A stretch of DNA of 64,000 nucleotides from Rebecca billardiae RCC1528 (Eukaryota; Protista; Haptophyta), in contig OZ251231.1 in the NCBI GenBank assembly GCA_965240325.2, positions 372,001-436,000 on the forward strand, in the 5' to 3' direction. Below are positions 1 to 11,843 of this stretch, piece after piece. The translations under genes and the position numbers were made by a program. Each line of letters opens with the position of its first letter. Within the stretch, counting starts at the first letter, position 1. Under the pieces are notes generated by a model, which saw only the letters and a list, made by a program, of their open reading frames with translations, was not told the origin of the DNA and ran no database searches.

Positions 1-1029
1 GCCGAGCGCGCGCACCAGCGCGCTAAACACGCGCGCCGCCTCGGGCAGGTTGGCCGTGCGCGACATCAGGCCCGCACCCGTCTCGCCTGCGTACGCGAGA
101 GGGACGTAGCCGAAGCCAGCGACCACCTCGCCGTCGACCGCCGCGCCCACCCACTCCACCGACACACCCTGCACCCACGCCTCCAGCAGCAGGCTCGTCC
201 GGCCCTTGGCTGCACGCCGCAGCGCCTCGCGCAGCTGCGGTGCCGTGCGGCAAATGCGCACGCCCCTGCCGGCGCTGTCGAGCGAGGTCTTGGCGACGAG
301 CGGCAGGCGCTGCGCGAGCTGCTCGAGCTCGGCCGTGCCCACGCGGGCCACGGACGATGGCTTGAGCGTCGTCTGCCACGCCAACGGCAGCCCGAGCTTC
401 GCCGCCAGCTGGAGTGTGCGCAGCTTGTCCGTGTGCCGCCCCCAGTGCTCGCGTACGCGCGGGAGCGAGCAGACAAGCGTGGCGAGCGCGCGCTCCTGCG
501 CCTGCGTGCGCGTGCTCAGGGCCTCGAGCCGTTTGGCCACTTGGACCATCAGCAGCGTCGACGTGCGGTAGTCCGCCAGCACGATGGCCGGGGCCCACTC
601 CACGATGGCCGCCTCGAGCGCGCTCGCTTCCGGGAGACCGTCCCGTGGCGTGCGAGCGTACCGGATCGGGTTAGTCGACGACGAGGTGTTCCACAGGCCG
701 TTCCTGGGGCCGTGCCGGCTCGCCTGGTGCCGAGAGATCAGCACGCCCACCTCCCATCCCGCGCCGTGCAGGTCGGTCGCGTACTGCGGCAGTAGGCCCG
801 GCCCGTTCGACGTGGACGCCAGGGCAACCACGAGCACGCGCGAGCCCCCGCCCAGCCGCGCGGCGTGGCACGCGTCGGCGCCGCCCTGGGGCGCGGTGCT
901 GCCGGGCGCCGATGAGGACGACAGCGTGCGTGCGCCTCCGCTGGCACCGCCGTGCGCCGCGCCGAGGAGGAGGAGGGCCGCGAGCACCAGGCGGCGACTC
1001 CTGATGCATCGGCAGTGAGGACTCATCAT
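1..1029 (-). CDS. ATP-grasp domain protein with N-terminal hydrophobic signal/anchor (3' end runs off the window)
   Basis: Manual translation from ATG 1029, open to position 1 (absent from the ORF track because no stop falls in the window): MMSPHCRCIRSRRLVLAALLLLG...TDKLRTLQLAAKLGLP...LPLVAKTSLDSAGRGVRICRTAPQLREAL...LLLEAWVQG. These are typical ATP-grasp motifs. Confidence 0.75.
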   Translation of the reverse strand, partial: MMSPHCRCIRSRRLVLAALLLLGAAHGGASGGARTLSSSSAPGSTAPQGGADACHAARLGGGSRVLVVALASTSNGPGLLPQYATDLHGAGWEVGVLISRHQASRHGPRNGLWNTSSSTNPIRYARTPRDGLPEASALEAAIVEWAPAIVLADYRTSTLLMVQVAKRLEALSTRTQAQERALATLVCSLPRVREHWGRHTDKLRTLQLAAKLGLPLAWQTTLKPSSVARVGTAELEQLAQRLPLVAKTSLDSAGRGVRICRTAPQLREALRRAAKGRTSLLLEAWVQGVSVEWVGAAVDGEVVAGFGYVPLAYAGETGAGLMSRTANLPEAARVFSALVRALG

Positions 1030-1124
1030 TGTCGGCCGCCACGAACTCACGAAGCGATTGGAGATTCATCAAGCGAAAGTGGATGACGAACGATTCATCA
1101 GTGGCCGGCGCCGGAACAAGCCTT

Positions 1125-1733
1125 TATGGAGCGCTCGTTGGAACTTGACACCGGTTTGGCGCCCGCGCGGCGAGGGCGACGACGGGCGTACACGGGGCCC
1201 GCGGCGGCGGGAAGCGCGCGGGCGCGGCCGAGAACGGCACGGTCCGGACGCCTCTCGCCAGCCGCGGACGCGCACCGCGCCTCCTCCTCGCACGCTGCTA
1301 ACTTGATCCGGGTTGAACGGCGGTTTTGCTGCCGACCAGCTCAAGTTCCACGGCTGGTCAAGGTTCGGCTTGCGACCTCGCCGCTGGTGCTTGCAAGAAG
1401 GTACACAAGTTGGTCGAACTCCCACGCACCCGCTCTGCGCTCGTCGACGCCCTCTGAAGGTGACTCGGGGTGCATGCGGGGCAGTGGAATGCAGTGGTTC
1501 GGCGTTGCCTCTCAGTCGTCCAGCGCGTAGGCCATGTAGCGCGGGTGTGGTGCGCGCATGGCCCGGTAATTCGGTCGCGGCATGTCTGTGTGGGCTGCCC
1601 AAGGCCTGCCGTACCGCAAAGCGAGCGCTCAGGAGCGTGTGCCGACCGTGCCAGCCCCGCCGAGATGGGGCACTTCGCTGGGAAATGCGGTGTCAAGTTC
1701 CACCCCCGCTCAAGTTCCAACGAGCGCTCCATA
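1125..1733. mobile_element. MITE-like non-autonomous TIR element (~0.6 kb), probable TA target duplication
   Basis: Perfect 24-bp inverted repeat TATGGAGCGCTCGTTGGAACTTGA (1125-1148) / reverse complement (1710-1733). Extra internal TCAAGTTCCA copies at ~1341 and ~1693. Confidence 0.7.
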
Positions 1734-2717
1734 CGCCCGACCGGGTGGTCACTCCCACTGGCGCCTTCGCGCGCTCATGGCGTCCGTGCGCGCGTGTGGG
1801 CTCTCAGGAGGGCGCACGGCTCAGTGTGGCGAGCGGAACGGTCGGTATGGTCAGTACAGTATGGGTGACGAGGTCGACGATGGGCCGGATGGGCTGCCAT
1901 CTGAGGACGAAGTCGGCCCGCTGGAGCTCGACGATCTGGCCGACGGTCGTGATTCCCTTGATCAGATGGCGACAACCGCGCGGACGACGAGACAGTTCAG
2001 ACGCCACCTGGCGGCAGGGCCCGCGCGCGACGCTGGAGTTGGGGTACATGCATCTTGTCCAATGCCTAGCCAGGGCGACGCGCAAGGTCAAGGCGACCAG
2101 CCCTCCCGCCGGTGCCCGCCGTGCGATCGAGCCTTCCACCCCATCTGCTGCATGACGTCTACCGGTTGGTAGCCTGCTGATCCAGAAGACTAGTGAGCAA
2201 GCATGTGTCCCTGGTGAGCGCGAGCGAGCGCTGCGGCTGACAACCTGACTCGGTTGACGGTTTGTGCGCGCGGCACGCGCACGCCTGACGCACTCTCCCG
2301 TCGGCCCGCGTCGGCGTGTGGCCGTGTGCGCGCGCGCCCGCACGGCCAGCCCAAGCACCAAACGGCCGCTGGCTCGCCGGTTGCGGTCCACCAAACTTGA
2401 CAGTGGCAGCAGGCTCCTGGTGGTGAGCAGCCTGAGATCGAGAGAAGATTATTGAGGAGTGACAATGAACACTACTACTACTTTTCAAAAGTACTCATAC
2501 GAGTGAAGTGTTAGCAGTGTACGCGCGCGTCCACCAATGGGGAGCGGGCACGCGCAGCGAGCTAGCCGCCAAATAGCCGAGCTTTATATTCCCGTAATCT
2601 TCTCGACGGAGCCACCGGCGCGCCGGCGCAGCAAACATTTTCAGCTCGGTGCGACGCGATCGTGCACGCACGGCCGGCAGCAACCTGCGCACGCGCGACG
2701 CGACCGGCGCGGTGGGG

Positions 2718-5700
2718 ATGTGCACGACACCGCCGCGGCAGGGGCTGCGCCCCGCCGCGTGGCGCCGGCGTGCCGCACCGCCCGGCACGCGCCGCGTCGG
2801 CACCGCGTGCGGCCTCCTTGCCTGCCTCTGCGCGCGCGCCGTCGCGCCGGAGGAGGTACGGGACCGGCTGCGCGCGGATGTGCCGGCGTGCTTCGACGAC
2901 GCGCCCGAGTACGACGAGCCCACGTGCGCGAATGTGACGGGCGCCATGTGCGTGCTCACCGCGTGTCGCGCTCGCTCGTGGCCCCCGTGATGCGAGTGGG
3001 TGTGGTTCGCCCTCGCGGCGCTGCGCTGCCGATGCGCCCTGATGTGTGCACCGCGCGTGAGGGTGTGCTGGGAGATGCGTGCGTCGCGCTCGTCGCCGCT
3101 GCCGCACGCGCATCACCCCACACAACCCTCAACCGCCCTGGCCCGCCTGCGTCGCCCTGCTGCCCTCCCCGCGTGTGCGCGCGCCCGCGCGTGCTGCGGC
3201 GCGCAGCGAGCTGCTAGGTAGAGGGTACACCGGCACACTGCCCACGGAGGTGGGCCGTCTGACGGCGCTCGGCCAATTGTGCGCGCAGCAGCACGCGCCC
3301 GCGCGCCGCGCGACGGCCGTCGCAGACCCCGCCCATCCTCACCGCAGCAGCAGCCGCGACGAGGTCGCTGCAGCCTTATTCATTCATCTGCACTCGTGAA
3401 TCAAGCGGCCACCACCCAACCCAAGGCTACCGCCGATGATGCCTCGCCCTGCTCACCTGCCGGCGGCTGTCCGGCGATGGTCGCTCCCCCCCCCCGCGCG
3501 CGCGTGCGACGCGCAGCGTGATGCACGCGACCTCGGCCAGCGGCGCGCTGCCCACGGAGCTCGGCCGGATGGGCGGTCTCACGCACTTGTGCGCGCGGCG
3601 CCGCGCATGGCGCGCGGCCCGCGTGCGCCGGCTCCGCACATGCTCCCGCCTCGGCCGCCTCTACCCGCGCGCCACGCCCCGCCGTCGCCCCGCCGCCTGG
3701 TGCCTGCCGCCCAGCCAGCGCGTGCAGCTGCTGCGCCGCGGCTGCTGTGCAGCCCCGCTGCTGCCGCCTCACTCCGCGCGCGCGGCCCACCCTGCAACGC
3801 CCGTGCCCACCGCGCGCCGCCTCCGTCCGCGCGCGCTTCACACAGCCGGGCGATCAGCACACAGCTGAGCGGGCCGCTGCCGACCGAGCTGGCCCTGCTG
3901 GAGCGGCTGCAGCAAGTGTGCGTGCCCGCGCGCCGAGTGCGCACCGCCGCGCGCGCCGCCGCCACCCGCCACGCGCCGCCGCACCGGGCGCTGCAGTGCG
4001 CGCGAGCGCGGATGCGTGCGATCGACAAAGCGCCGCGCGGTGCGAGGCTGTGGCCCTATGGCTGCGCACAGCCTTCCCCCCGCGCGTCTCGTCACGCGCG
4101 CACACCCCTGCCTGTGACGTGCGCTGCGCTCCAGCTTCCTGGTGGACAGCTCGCTGGGCGGCGCGTTCCCTCCGGAGCTGCTCAGCGCACACCAGCAGCC
4201 TGGCTGGGGCTCGCTGCAGACGTTGTGCGCGCGCACCGCCGCGCACCGCGCGCGCGGGCGCGGGGGCGCGGGCTGCTGGCGGCGGCGTGGCGGGCGGGCC
4301 GTGCGGGCGGGCGCGGGCTGCTGCGCCGCCCCCGGCCGCGCGCAAATGCGCGGGCAGCCCGCCGCGCCACGGGCTAGGCCTGCGCTCAGGGGCCCCAGTG
4401 CCATCCACCACCGCCTCCGCGCGGAGTCTGAACGTGCCCTCCGGTTCAGACTCCGGTTCAGACTCCGCGGAGCCTGATGCCCTCCCCGTCCGGACTGACT
4501 GGCGGCCGACCACGGCACGCACGCGCCTGCTGCGCCCTGCGCCCCCCCGGCCCCCTCCCTCTCTCCCCGCGCGCGTGTGCGTGCCGATGCAAATTGCATG
4601 CAGCATGTACGATGGACTGACGCAGGCGACCGAGGCGACCGGCTTCTGCGCGGACGGCGGCTGTGTGTGCGCGGCCGCGCCTCTCGACTCAGACGGTCGC
4701 TTTCAGCCGGACCCGGCGACGCTGCTCCAGTGCCCCTCGCCGCCGCCGCCGAGGCCGCCGCCGAGGCCGCCGCCGCCGAGCCCGTCGCCGCCGCCGCCCA
4801 ATCCACCGCCGTCGCCGCCGCCGAGCCCGCCGCCGCCCGCTCCGCCGCCGAGCCCGCCGCCGTCGCCACCGCCGCCCGCGCCTCCGCCCTCGCCGCCGCC
4901 GCCGCCCGTGCCGCCGCCCGCGCCGCCGCCTTCGCCGCCGCCTACGCCACCGCCCGCGCCGCCGCCGAGCCCGCCGCCGCCCGCGCCGCCGCCGAGCCCG
5001 CCACCGTCACCGCCGCCGCCCGCGCCGCCGCCCTCGCCGCCGCCCACGCCGCCGCCCTCGCCACCACCGTCGCCACCTCCACCGCCGGCGCCGCCGCCGT
5101 CGCCGCCGCCACCCACGCCGCCGCCCAGCCCGCCGCCCAGCCCGCCGCCGCCCAGCCCTCCACCCGCACCACCGCCCTCGCCGCCGCCACCACCCGCGCC
5201 GCCGCCCTCGCCGCCACCGTCGCCGCCGCCGCCGCCGCCACCGCCGCCCTCGCCGCCGCCTTCGCCGCCGCCCACCCCGCCGCCCTCGCCGCCCCCGCCC
5301 TCGCCGCCGCCCTCGCCGCCGCCCTCGCCGCCGCCCTCGCCACCGCCACCGTCCCCGCCGCCGTCCCCGCCGCCACCCAGCCCGCCGCCCGCGCCGCCGC
5401 CCACGCCGCCTCCCAGCCCGCCGCCCTCGCCGCCGCCCTCGCCACCGCCCTCGCCGCCCCCGCGTGCGCCGCCCTCGCCACCGCCTTCGCCACCACCCTC
5501 GCCGCCTCCACACGCGCCGCCCGCGCCGCCACCGCTGCCACCGCCCTCGCCGCCGCCGCGCGCACCGCCTGCGCCGCCACCGTCGCCGCCACCGTCGCCG
5601 CCGCCTGCCCGGCCGCCGACGCCGCCGCCCACGCCACCACCGTCACCGCCACCGAGCGCGCCGCCCTCGCCACCGCCCACGCCACCACCGTCACCGCCAC

Positions 5701-8437
5701 CGAGCCCACCGCCCTCGCCACCGCCCACGCCACCGCCCAGGCCACCGCCGTCGCCGCCGCCGTCGCCGCCACCGTCGCCGCCGCCCGCGCCGCCGCCCGC
5801 GCCGCCGCCCGCGCCGCCGCCGAGCCCTCCGCCCTCGCCGCCGCCCCATCTGCCGCCGAGCCCGCCGCCCTCCTCGCCGCCCGGTCCGCCGCCCAGCCCG
5901 CCACCCGCGCCGCCCCCGGGTCCGCCGCCCTCGCCGCCACCGCCCCCTCCGCCGCTGCCACCGCCCTCTGTACCGCCGAGCCTTGCTCCCTCGCCGCCAC
6001 CGTCGCCGCCGCCGCGCCAGCCGCCATCGCCGCCGCCTGAGGCACCGCCTGCGCCTCCGCCCTCGCCGCCGCCCTCGCCGCCACTCAGCCCGCCACCCCG
6101 CACGCCGCCGCCGAGCGCCCCGCCCCGATCGCCGCCGCCGCCGCCGCCGTCCGCGCCGCCACCGCCCTCGCCGCCGCCCTCGCCGCCGCCCTCGCCGCCG
6201 CCCGCGCCGCCGCCCTCGCCGCCACGCGCGCCGCCGCCCGCGCCGCCGCCCAGCCCACCGCCCGCCTCGCCGCCCGCGCGGTGCGAGGGGGACAGCTGCT
6301 GGGCGTACGCGGCGCGCCGCTGCCCAGCGCCAGCCGCCGAGCCCTCCGCCTGCGGCTGGGCCCTCGGCGGCTCCGCGTACGCGCGCTGCGCCGTGTTCCT
6401 CGACCTCGACGCTGACGAATCCTGGGACGCGGCCGCGGAGCCGAACGGCGAGACGGACGGCAGCGGCCGGTATCAGATGCTTGTGGGCGGCGCGGGCGCG
6501 GCGGCGGGGTCGCCGGCGGCGGGCGGCGGGGGCGGGCAGGCCGTGGGCGCTGCCGAGCGCGGCGGCGCGCCGCCGCTGCTGGTCTGGATGCTCCCGCCCG
6601 CGCCTGGCTGCGTCGATGCCGCCACAGGCCTGCCGCCCCCCGCCCCGCTGTGCACGCGCGCGCGCGCGGCTGTGCTTTCATCCCTCACCACACTGCTGTG
6701 CGCTGGGCGCGCGGCCGCGGCGCCGACGGCCGAGGGCTGGCTCCTGCGCGCGCTGGGGCTGGGAGCGCTGCTCGGCCGCGCGACGGTGCACGAGTACAAC
6801 CCGCAGCTCGCGCTGAGCGCGCTTGGCGCTGTATGCGCGCGCGCGCACTGCGGCACCACCGCGCCCACTGCGGCGCCGTGCGCGAGCGCGCGCGTGGTTC
6901 GGTGCCGCGTTGGGCGCGCGTGCGCGCCGCCACCGCCGATGCCGCGCCTCGCTCCGGCCTCGGCGCGCGCTGCCCTCGCGCCCGCCCGCTCCGGCCGTGT
7001 TCGCTGCCGCGCGCAGGCGGTGGGCGACGAGCGCACCGCGGCCATCCGCAGCGCGCGCGCACAGGCGCAGCTCACGGCGTGCGCGGCGTCCGCCGCGCAG
7101 CTCGCCCTCGCGCTCGGCGGCGCGCGCAACGCCACGGAGGCGCGCGCGGCCGGCGGCGCGGCGCTGTCGGCGCTGGCGCGTCTGCTGCTCGCGCGTGGCG
7201 AGGCGCTCGAGGCCCGAGACGCGGCGGAGGGCGGCGGTGCGGGCGGCGCGGCGGACACGGCCACAGCACGCCCTCTGGAGGTGCGTGCGGAGAGCCGAGG
7301 ACTGCAAGGCATGACGCCAATGCGTGGCGCAGCCGCGTGAGGGCTGAGGGCAGGATGACCGATCACAGCGCACTCACGTGGCGGCGGCGCGCAACGCCGC
7401 GGCTGCCAGCAGTGCTGCCCCTGCTGCTGTGCCACTGGGCTGGGAACGACTGCGCTTGTGCTCCGGCTGACGACGCCCCGCGGCCCTGCACACCGCCCCC
7501 CTGCCCTCCGCCCCGCCCGCCCGCCTGCCCCCCGCTGCCGCCCACCCACACACACGGCCCGCCCTGCCGCTGCCGACGACTTGGCCCTCGCCTCCGCCAC
7601 CACCGCCCGGCCGCGCCGCGCAGGAGAGCGGCGCGCTGCTCGCTGTGCTGCAGAGCGCGCTGGGCACGCAGCAGGGGCCCGGGGCGGACGGCGCGCCGAG
7701 CGCGCGCGCGGCCGCGCCGGCGCGCGCAGACGCCCAGTCTGCCTTCGGCTCGGGAGGCGCGGCGGGCTCGGCGGCCGAAGCGAGCTACTACTCTGCTGAT
7801 GACGGCGGCGCGGGCGTGGTGAACACGACAGCGCTTGCGGCTGTGCTCGGAGCCAGCCTGCGCGTGCTCGGTGCCGTCGGCGAGACGGTGCGCGGGCCGC
7901 GCCGCGCGGGGGCGCCCCGCCCACCACCACCCCGCGCGAGGGCCGCCGCCGCGCGCGTGTGCACCCCCCCTAAGTCGCGTGCCGGGCAGCGGCGCGCGCG
8001 CGGGCCGTGCGGGCAGCCAGCCACGCTCACAGTCAGACTGTGTGGTACCCCCTGCGCCCAGCCCTGTGGAGCGGAGCCAAGCACAGCCGAGCGGGGCGTC
8101 TGGCTGCTCTGGGCACGCCACGCTCCCTGCACCGCCCAGCACGCCTGACGCGCGCCGCGTCCCCCACCGCGCGCCGCTCGCTCGCGCCTGCGCCCCGCCA
8201 GGCCGCGCGCAGCGCGCTGGGCGCGGACGGCACCATAGCCGCACTCACGCGCGCGGCGCGCCTCGCGCAGGCTCGCGGCGCTGAGCTGCTGGTGGCAGTT
8301 GGCAGCGGCGCGCTCTCGGAGGCGGAGGCGCTGTCCGAGCTGCGCGACGCGGAGGAGCAGGCTGTTGAGGCGGTGCTGCAGGCCGCCGCCCTCGAGGCCG
8401 AGGGCGGCGGTGGCGAGCCGTCCGTCGGCGGCGGGGA

Positions 8438-8469
<32 letters not shown>

Positions 8470-8840
8470 CGGACGACGACAACGGCGACGACACCGCGCC
8501 GGGAAGCCTGGGCGGGGAGCAGACGGCGGCCATTCTGCTCGACGAGGCTCAGATAGCCGGCGCGTCAGCGGGCGGGCTGGTTGGGCTGTGCCTCGTTGGC
8601 GTGACGCTCGCCGCGTGCGTCGTGCACCGCGTCCGCCGCCGCGACGCGCGCGCACGCTGGCCAGAGCGTTGGCAGTACGTGGCGGCGGGCCGACAGCGGC
8701 AGCAGATGGGCTTTGCCGCCGTCGGCATGGGCGGCCTCGTGATGGAACGCGAGCAGCCGGACCACAGGCGGGCCCGCCAGCAGCCCTCCGCTACGCGCTG
8801 GCTGCAAGGCGCGGCGACGGCGCGGGTGTACCCCATTTAG
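2718..8840 (+). CDS. Multi-exon single-pass cell-surface protein: plant-type LRRs + Ser-Pro(n) extensin-like stalk + bacterial-surface-protein-like domain + C-terminal TM helix
   Basis: GT-AG bounded exons 3207-3278, 3517-3588, 3846-3917 and 4135-4224 encode LRRs ([47 protein letters not shown]). SPPP repeats lie at ~4735-6275, followed by [27 protein letters not shown] and [32 protein letters not shown]; stop at 8838-8840. The middle exon boundaries are uncertain. Confidence 0.75.
4735..6275 (+). repeat. Coding low-complexity Ser/Ala/Thr-Pro3-5 repeat
   Basis: About 500 codons of [12 protein letters not shown] (CCG-rich). Confidence 0.95.
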
Positions 8841-8845
8841 CGCGG

Positions 8846-9130
<285 letters not shown>

Positions 9131-11765
9131 CACAGTGCAGGATTGGAATTTTCCGTGACGCTTCGGACGGTCCGCAGCTCGAGTCAGCGAATCCGGTCTC
9201 GGCCGGACAGTGGAACTCGGGTGGAAGCCGCGACTTCGCGGCGGACGGAGCCTCAAACGAGCGGTGCCTCGGCTCGCGGCGCGATCTACTCGGCGAAGAC
9301 CGACGAGGCTGCTCGCGGGCCCGACTATGCGTCGACGCGGGCTGGGGTCGTCTTCCGCGTGGCGCTGGGCAAGTTCCTCGCCGCTCTGACGGGTGCTCTC
9401 CTTTCGCCCTCACGGCGCGCGCGGTGCGTTTCGCGAGCTTCTTGCATGCGCCGCCCGCGGTTGCGCCCGAGCCTGATGCTTCAGTCGACACGGCAGGTGG
9501 CTCGCGCAGGGTGGGATTGTGTGCGGGTGCCGCTGGCGGTGCGTCTCGCCCTCCTGAAATTGTGTGGGAGGCTGTGACATTGCACGCGTACACCCCGCCA
9601 CGCCCGCGGCCCGCCCGCGCAAACGCCGCGCCGCGCAGTTGTCTTTGACCTCGAGCGAGCCTGAGGCGTGGAGGCGACCGACGGCGGGGTGCGACTTGCC
9701 CACCGACCCGAGCCGCATCACCCAGCGCAGCCTCGCCCGCGACGACGCTTCGCCTGGCTGCCACTGCTCAGCCGCGTGCAAGGCGGGCTGGGCGACGTCT
9801 TTCGGCCGAGCGCGGCTGCAGCGCAGCACGCGAGAGGCTGGAGCGCCATGACGCGGATGGCGGAGCGGGCTTTGGGCTGGCTGGCATGAGCCGCCAGGCT
9901 GTACCGTCCGCGCAGATCGCGCTCGGCCCGGCCGCAGCCCTCCTGAGCGCGCGCCTCAGAGCTGAGACTGATCACGTGCACGCGCACAAGCCACACTGCC
10001 GTGGCTGTGTCGAGCAGCTGCGTGTGCTCGAGGCGCGGCGCTCGCACGGGCCACGCGGGCGCAGCGGGTGCGCGCAGCTGGCGCACGCAGTGCCACGTCC
10101 TGCCGCGCCAGTTTGGCGGCCGTCCGCCCCCCCGAGCTCGAGTTCTGCGCGCTTTGCGACGGCGCGGCCGGCCGCGCCCATCTTCATGCTTGGGCACGCC
10201 AGCATGGCCGCCGCCGGGCCTGCTGCGCGCGCCGAAGCTGGAGGGCGGAGGAGGGCGCTGGGCTGCTCCTACGGCGTGCTGCAGCCCGGGCAGGCTTTTC
10301 CGCGGCGCGGCGAGGCCGTCGCGCCTGCTCGCCGCCGTCGAGTCGCCCGTGCTGAGTGACCGTCGGCCGCATGTGCTCGGCGGCACCGCAGGCAGGCGTC
10401 CCATACCAGTGTGCTCGAGCCGCTGCGCGCACCCAAGGCGAGCTGCTCGAGCGGGCTAGGTGGGCCCACGGAGTGCGCGCAGCTGGCGCACGCAGCCCCG
10501 CGTCATGGGGTGTCGGTTTGACGGTCGCCAGCCCCCGTGGGCTCGAGCTCTGTGCGCTTCACCACGGAGGTGCCGACGGCGCCCCGCGGCGCGCAACGGC
10601 GTGGCAGCATGGCCGCCGCCGGCGCCGCCGCACATGCCGCCGCTTACGGGCAGTCGAGAGCTTGGGGCAGCACCTACGGCATGCTGCAGCTCGGGCGGGC
10701 TCTGCCAGCCTGCTGTGGCGTGATCGCGCATTTTCCAGACCGTCGACTCGCCCGCGCTGCATATTTGTTTGCTGCGCGTGCTCGACGGCGCCGCTGCTGC
10801 CGCTACGGCCGCGCGTTGCTGCGTCGCGAGCGAGCCCGATGCGAGCTGAACGGCGGCGTGCTCATCGCTGCTGGCGCAGATGGGCGCGTCATGGTGGCCA
10901 CGCACGATGCTGAGTGCTCGCGCGTGCCAGACGAGGCGCGTGCTCGCGCTGTGGCTCAATGTCCGGCAGTGCGCGTGGCAGGCCGCAGCTGCTCGACAAC
11001 AGAACCAGCGGGCAGTGATCGGGCTGCGCGCGCGCAGCTGATGGCGGCGAACGAGCGAGCCCGCACCGCCGCGCAAGGGCTGGGCGACTGGCGCCGAGGT
11101 GGCGCGCACGTCGTCCGCTGCCGTTGGCATCGCGGCGGACGCTTCAAGCTCGTTCGGCCGGCGTGTTTTCTCCGACGCCCACCTGCGAGCGCTGCCGGCA
11201 CCGTGCTCGGGCGTCAGTATCGGTGGGCTCGAGCACGCGTGGTGAGGCGCTCGGAGCGGTCGACGGCCATGATCGGGCAGCGCACGGTGGGCGCAGGCCA
11301 CGCGCACGCCAGCGCCCCGCGTGGCGTGGCTTCACGGGGCGCAGCCACCAGGAGACTGTGCTGCGACGAGCTCGGGCGCGCTCGGGCGCCGCTGCTCTGC
11401 ATTTTCCCGAAAAATCGGTTTTCGTGCCCTCGACCGGCGTTATGCCGCCGGGGTGGCCGCAGCTGCGCTCGGAGCAGCGCGCACGGGCACCGCCGTGTGC
11501 GCCCGCCCGCTTTCGCCGCCGCCGAGCTCGAGCACAGCGCTGCGCGGGGCTGCGTAATGCCAACGGCGCATGATTTTTTGCCCGCGCCGAGCGCGCGTCG
11601 GCGCGCGCAGCGCGCTCAGGTGTGGCCTGCTACCAAGGTCTGTGCCACGATTCGACGCGCCTATGGTGCGCCGAATTTAGGCGCACCGCTTCAGAATTGT
11701 CCGATGATTCGACTAGTGGTGCGGACAACTTAAAACGTCACCCTGAGCAGTTTTCCGGCACTGTG
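9131..11765. mobile_element. Non-autonomous DNA transposon with CACAGTG termini and interrupted 55-bp TIRs, inserted in a (TATG)n microsatellite
   Basis: The left end and the reverse complement of the right end align ungapped over 55 bp (33 identities in blocks). Both ends are flanked by TA, and no convincing internal ORF is present. Confidence 0.8.
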
Positions 11766-11843
11766 TATGTATGTATGTATGTATGTATGTATGTATGTAT
11801 GTATGTATGTATGTATGTATGTATGTATGTATGTATATATATA
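11766..11843. repeat. (TATG)n(TA)n microsatellite
   Basis: Directly visible. Confidence 0.99.

Noticed and set aside
4577-6816. Poly-Arg, poly-Ala and poly-Gly ORFs
   Set aside because: These are alternative frames and antisense of the SPPP-coding repeat.
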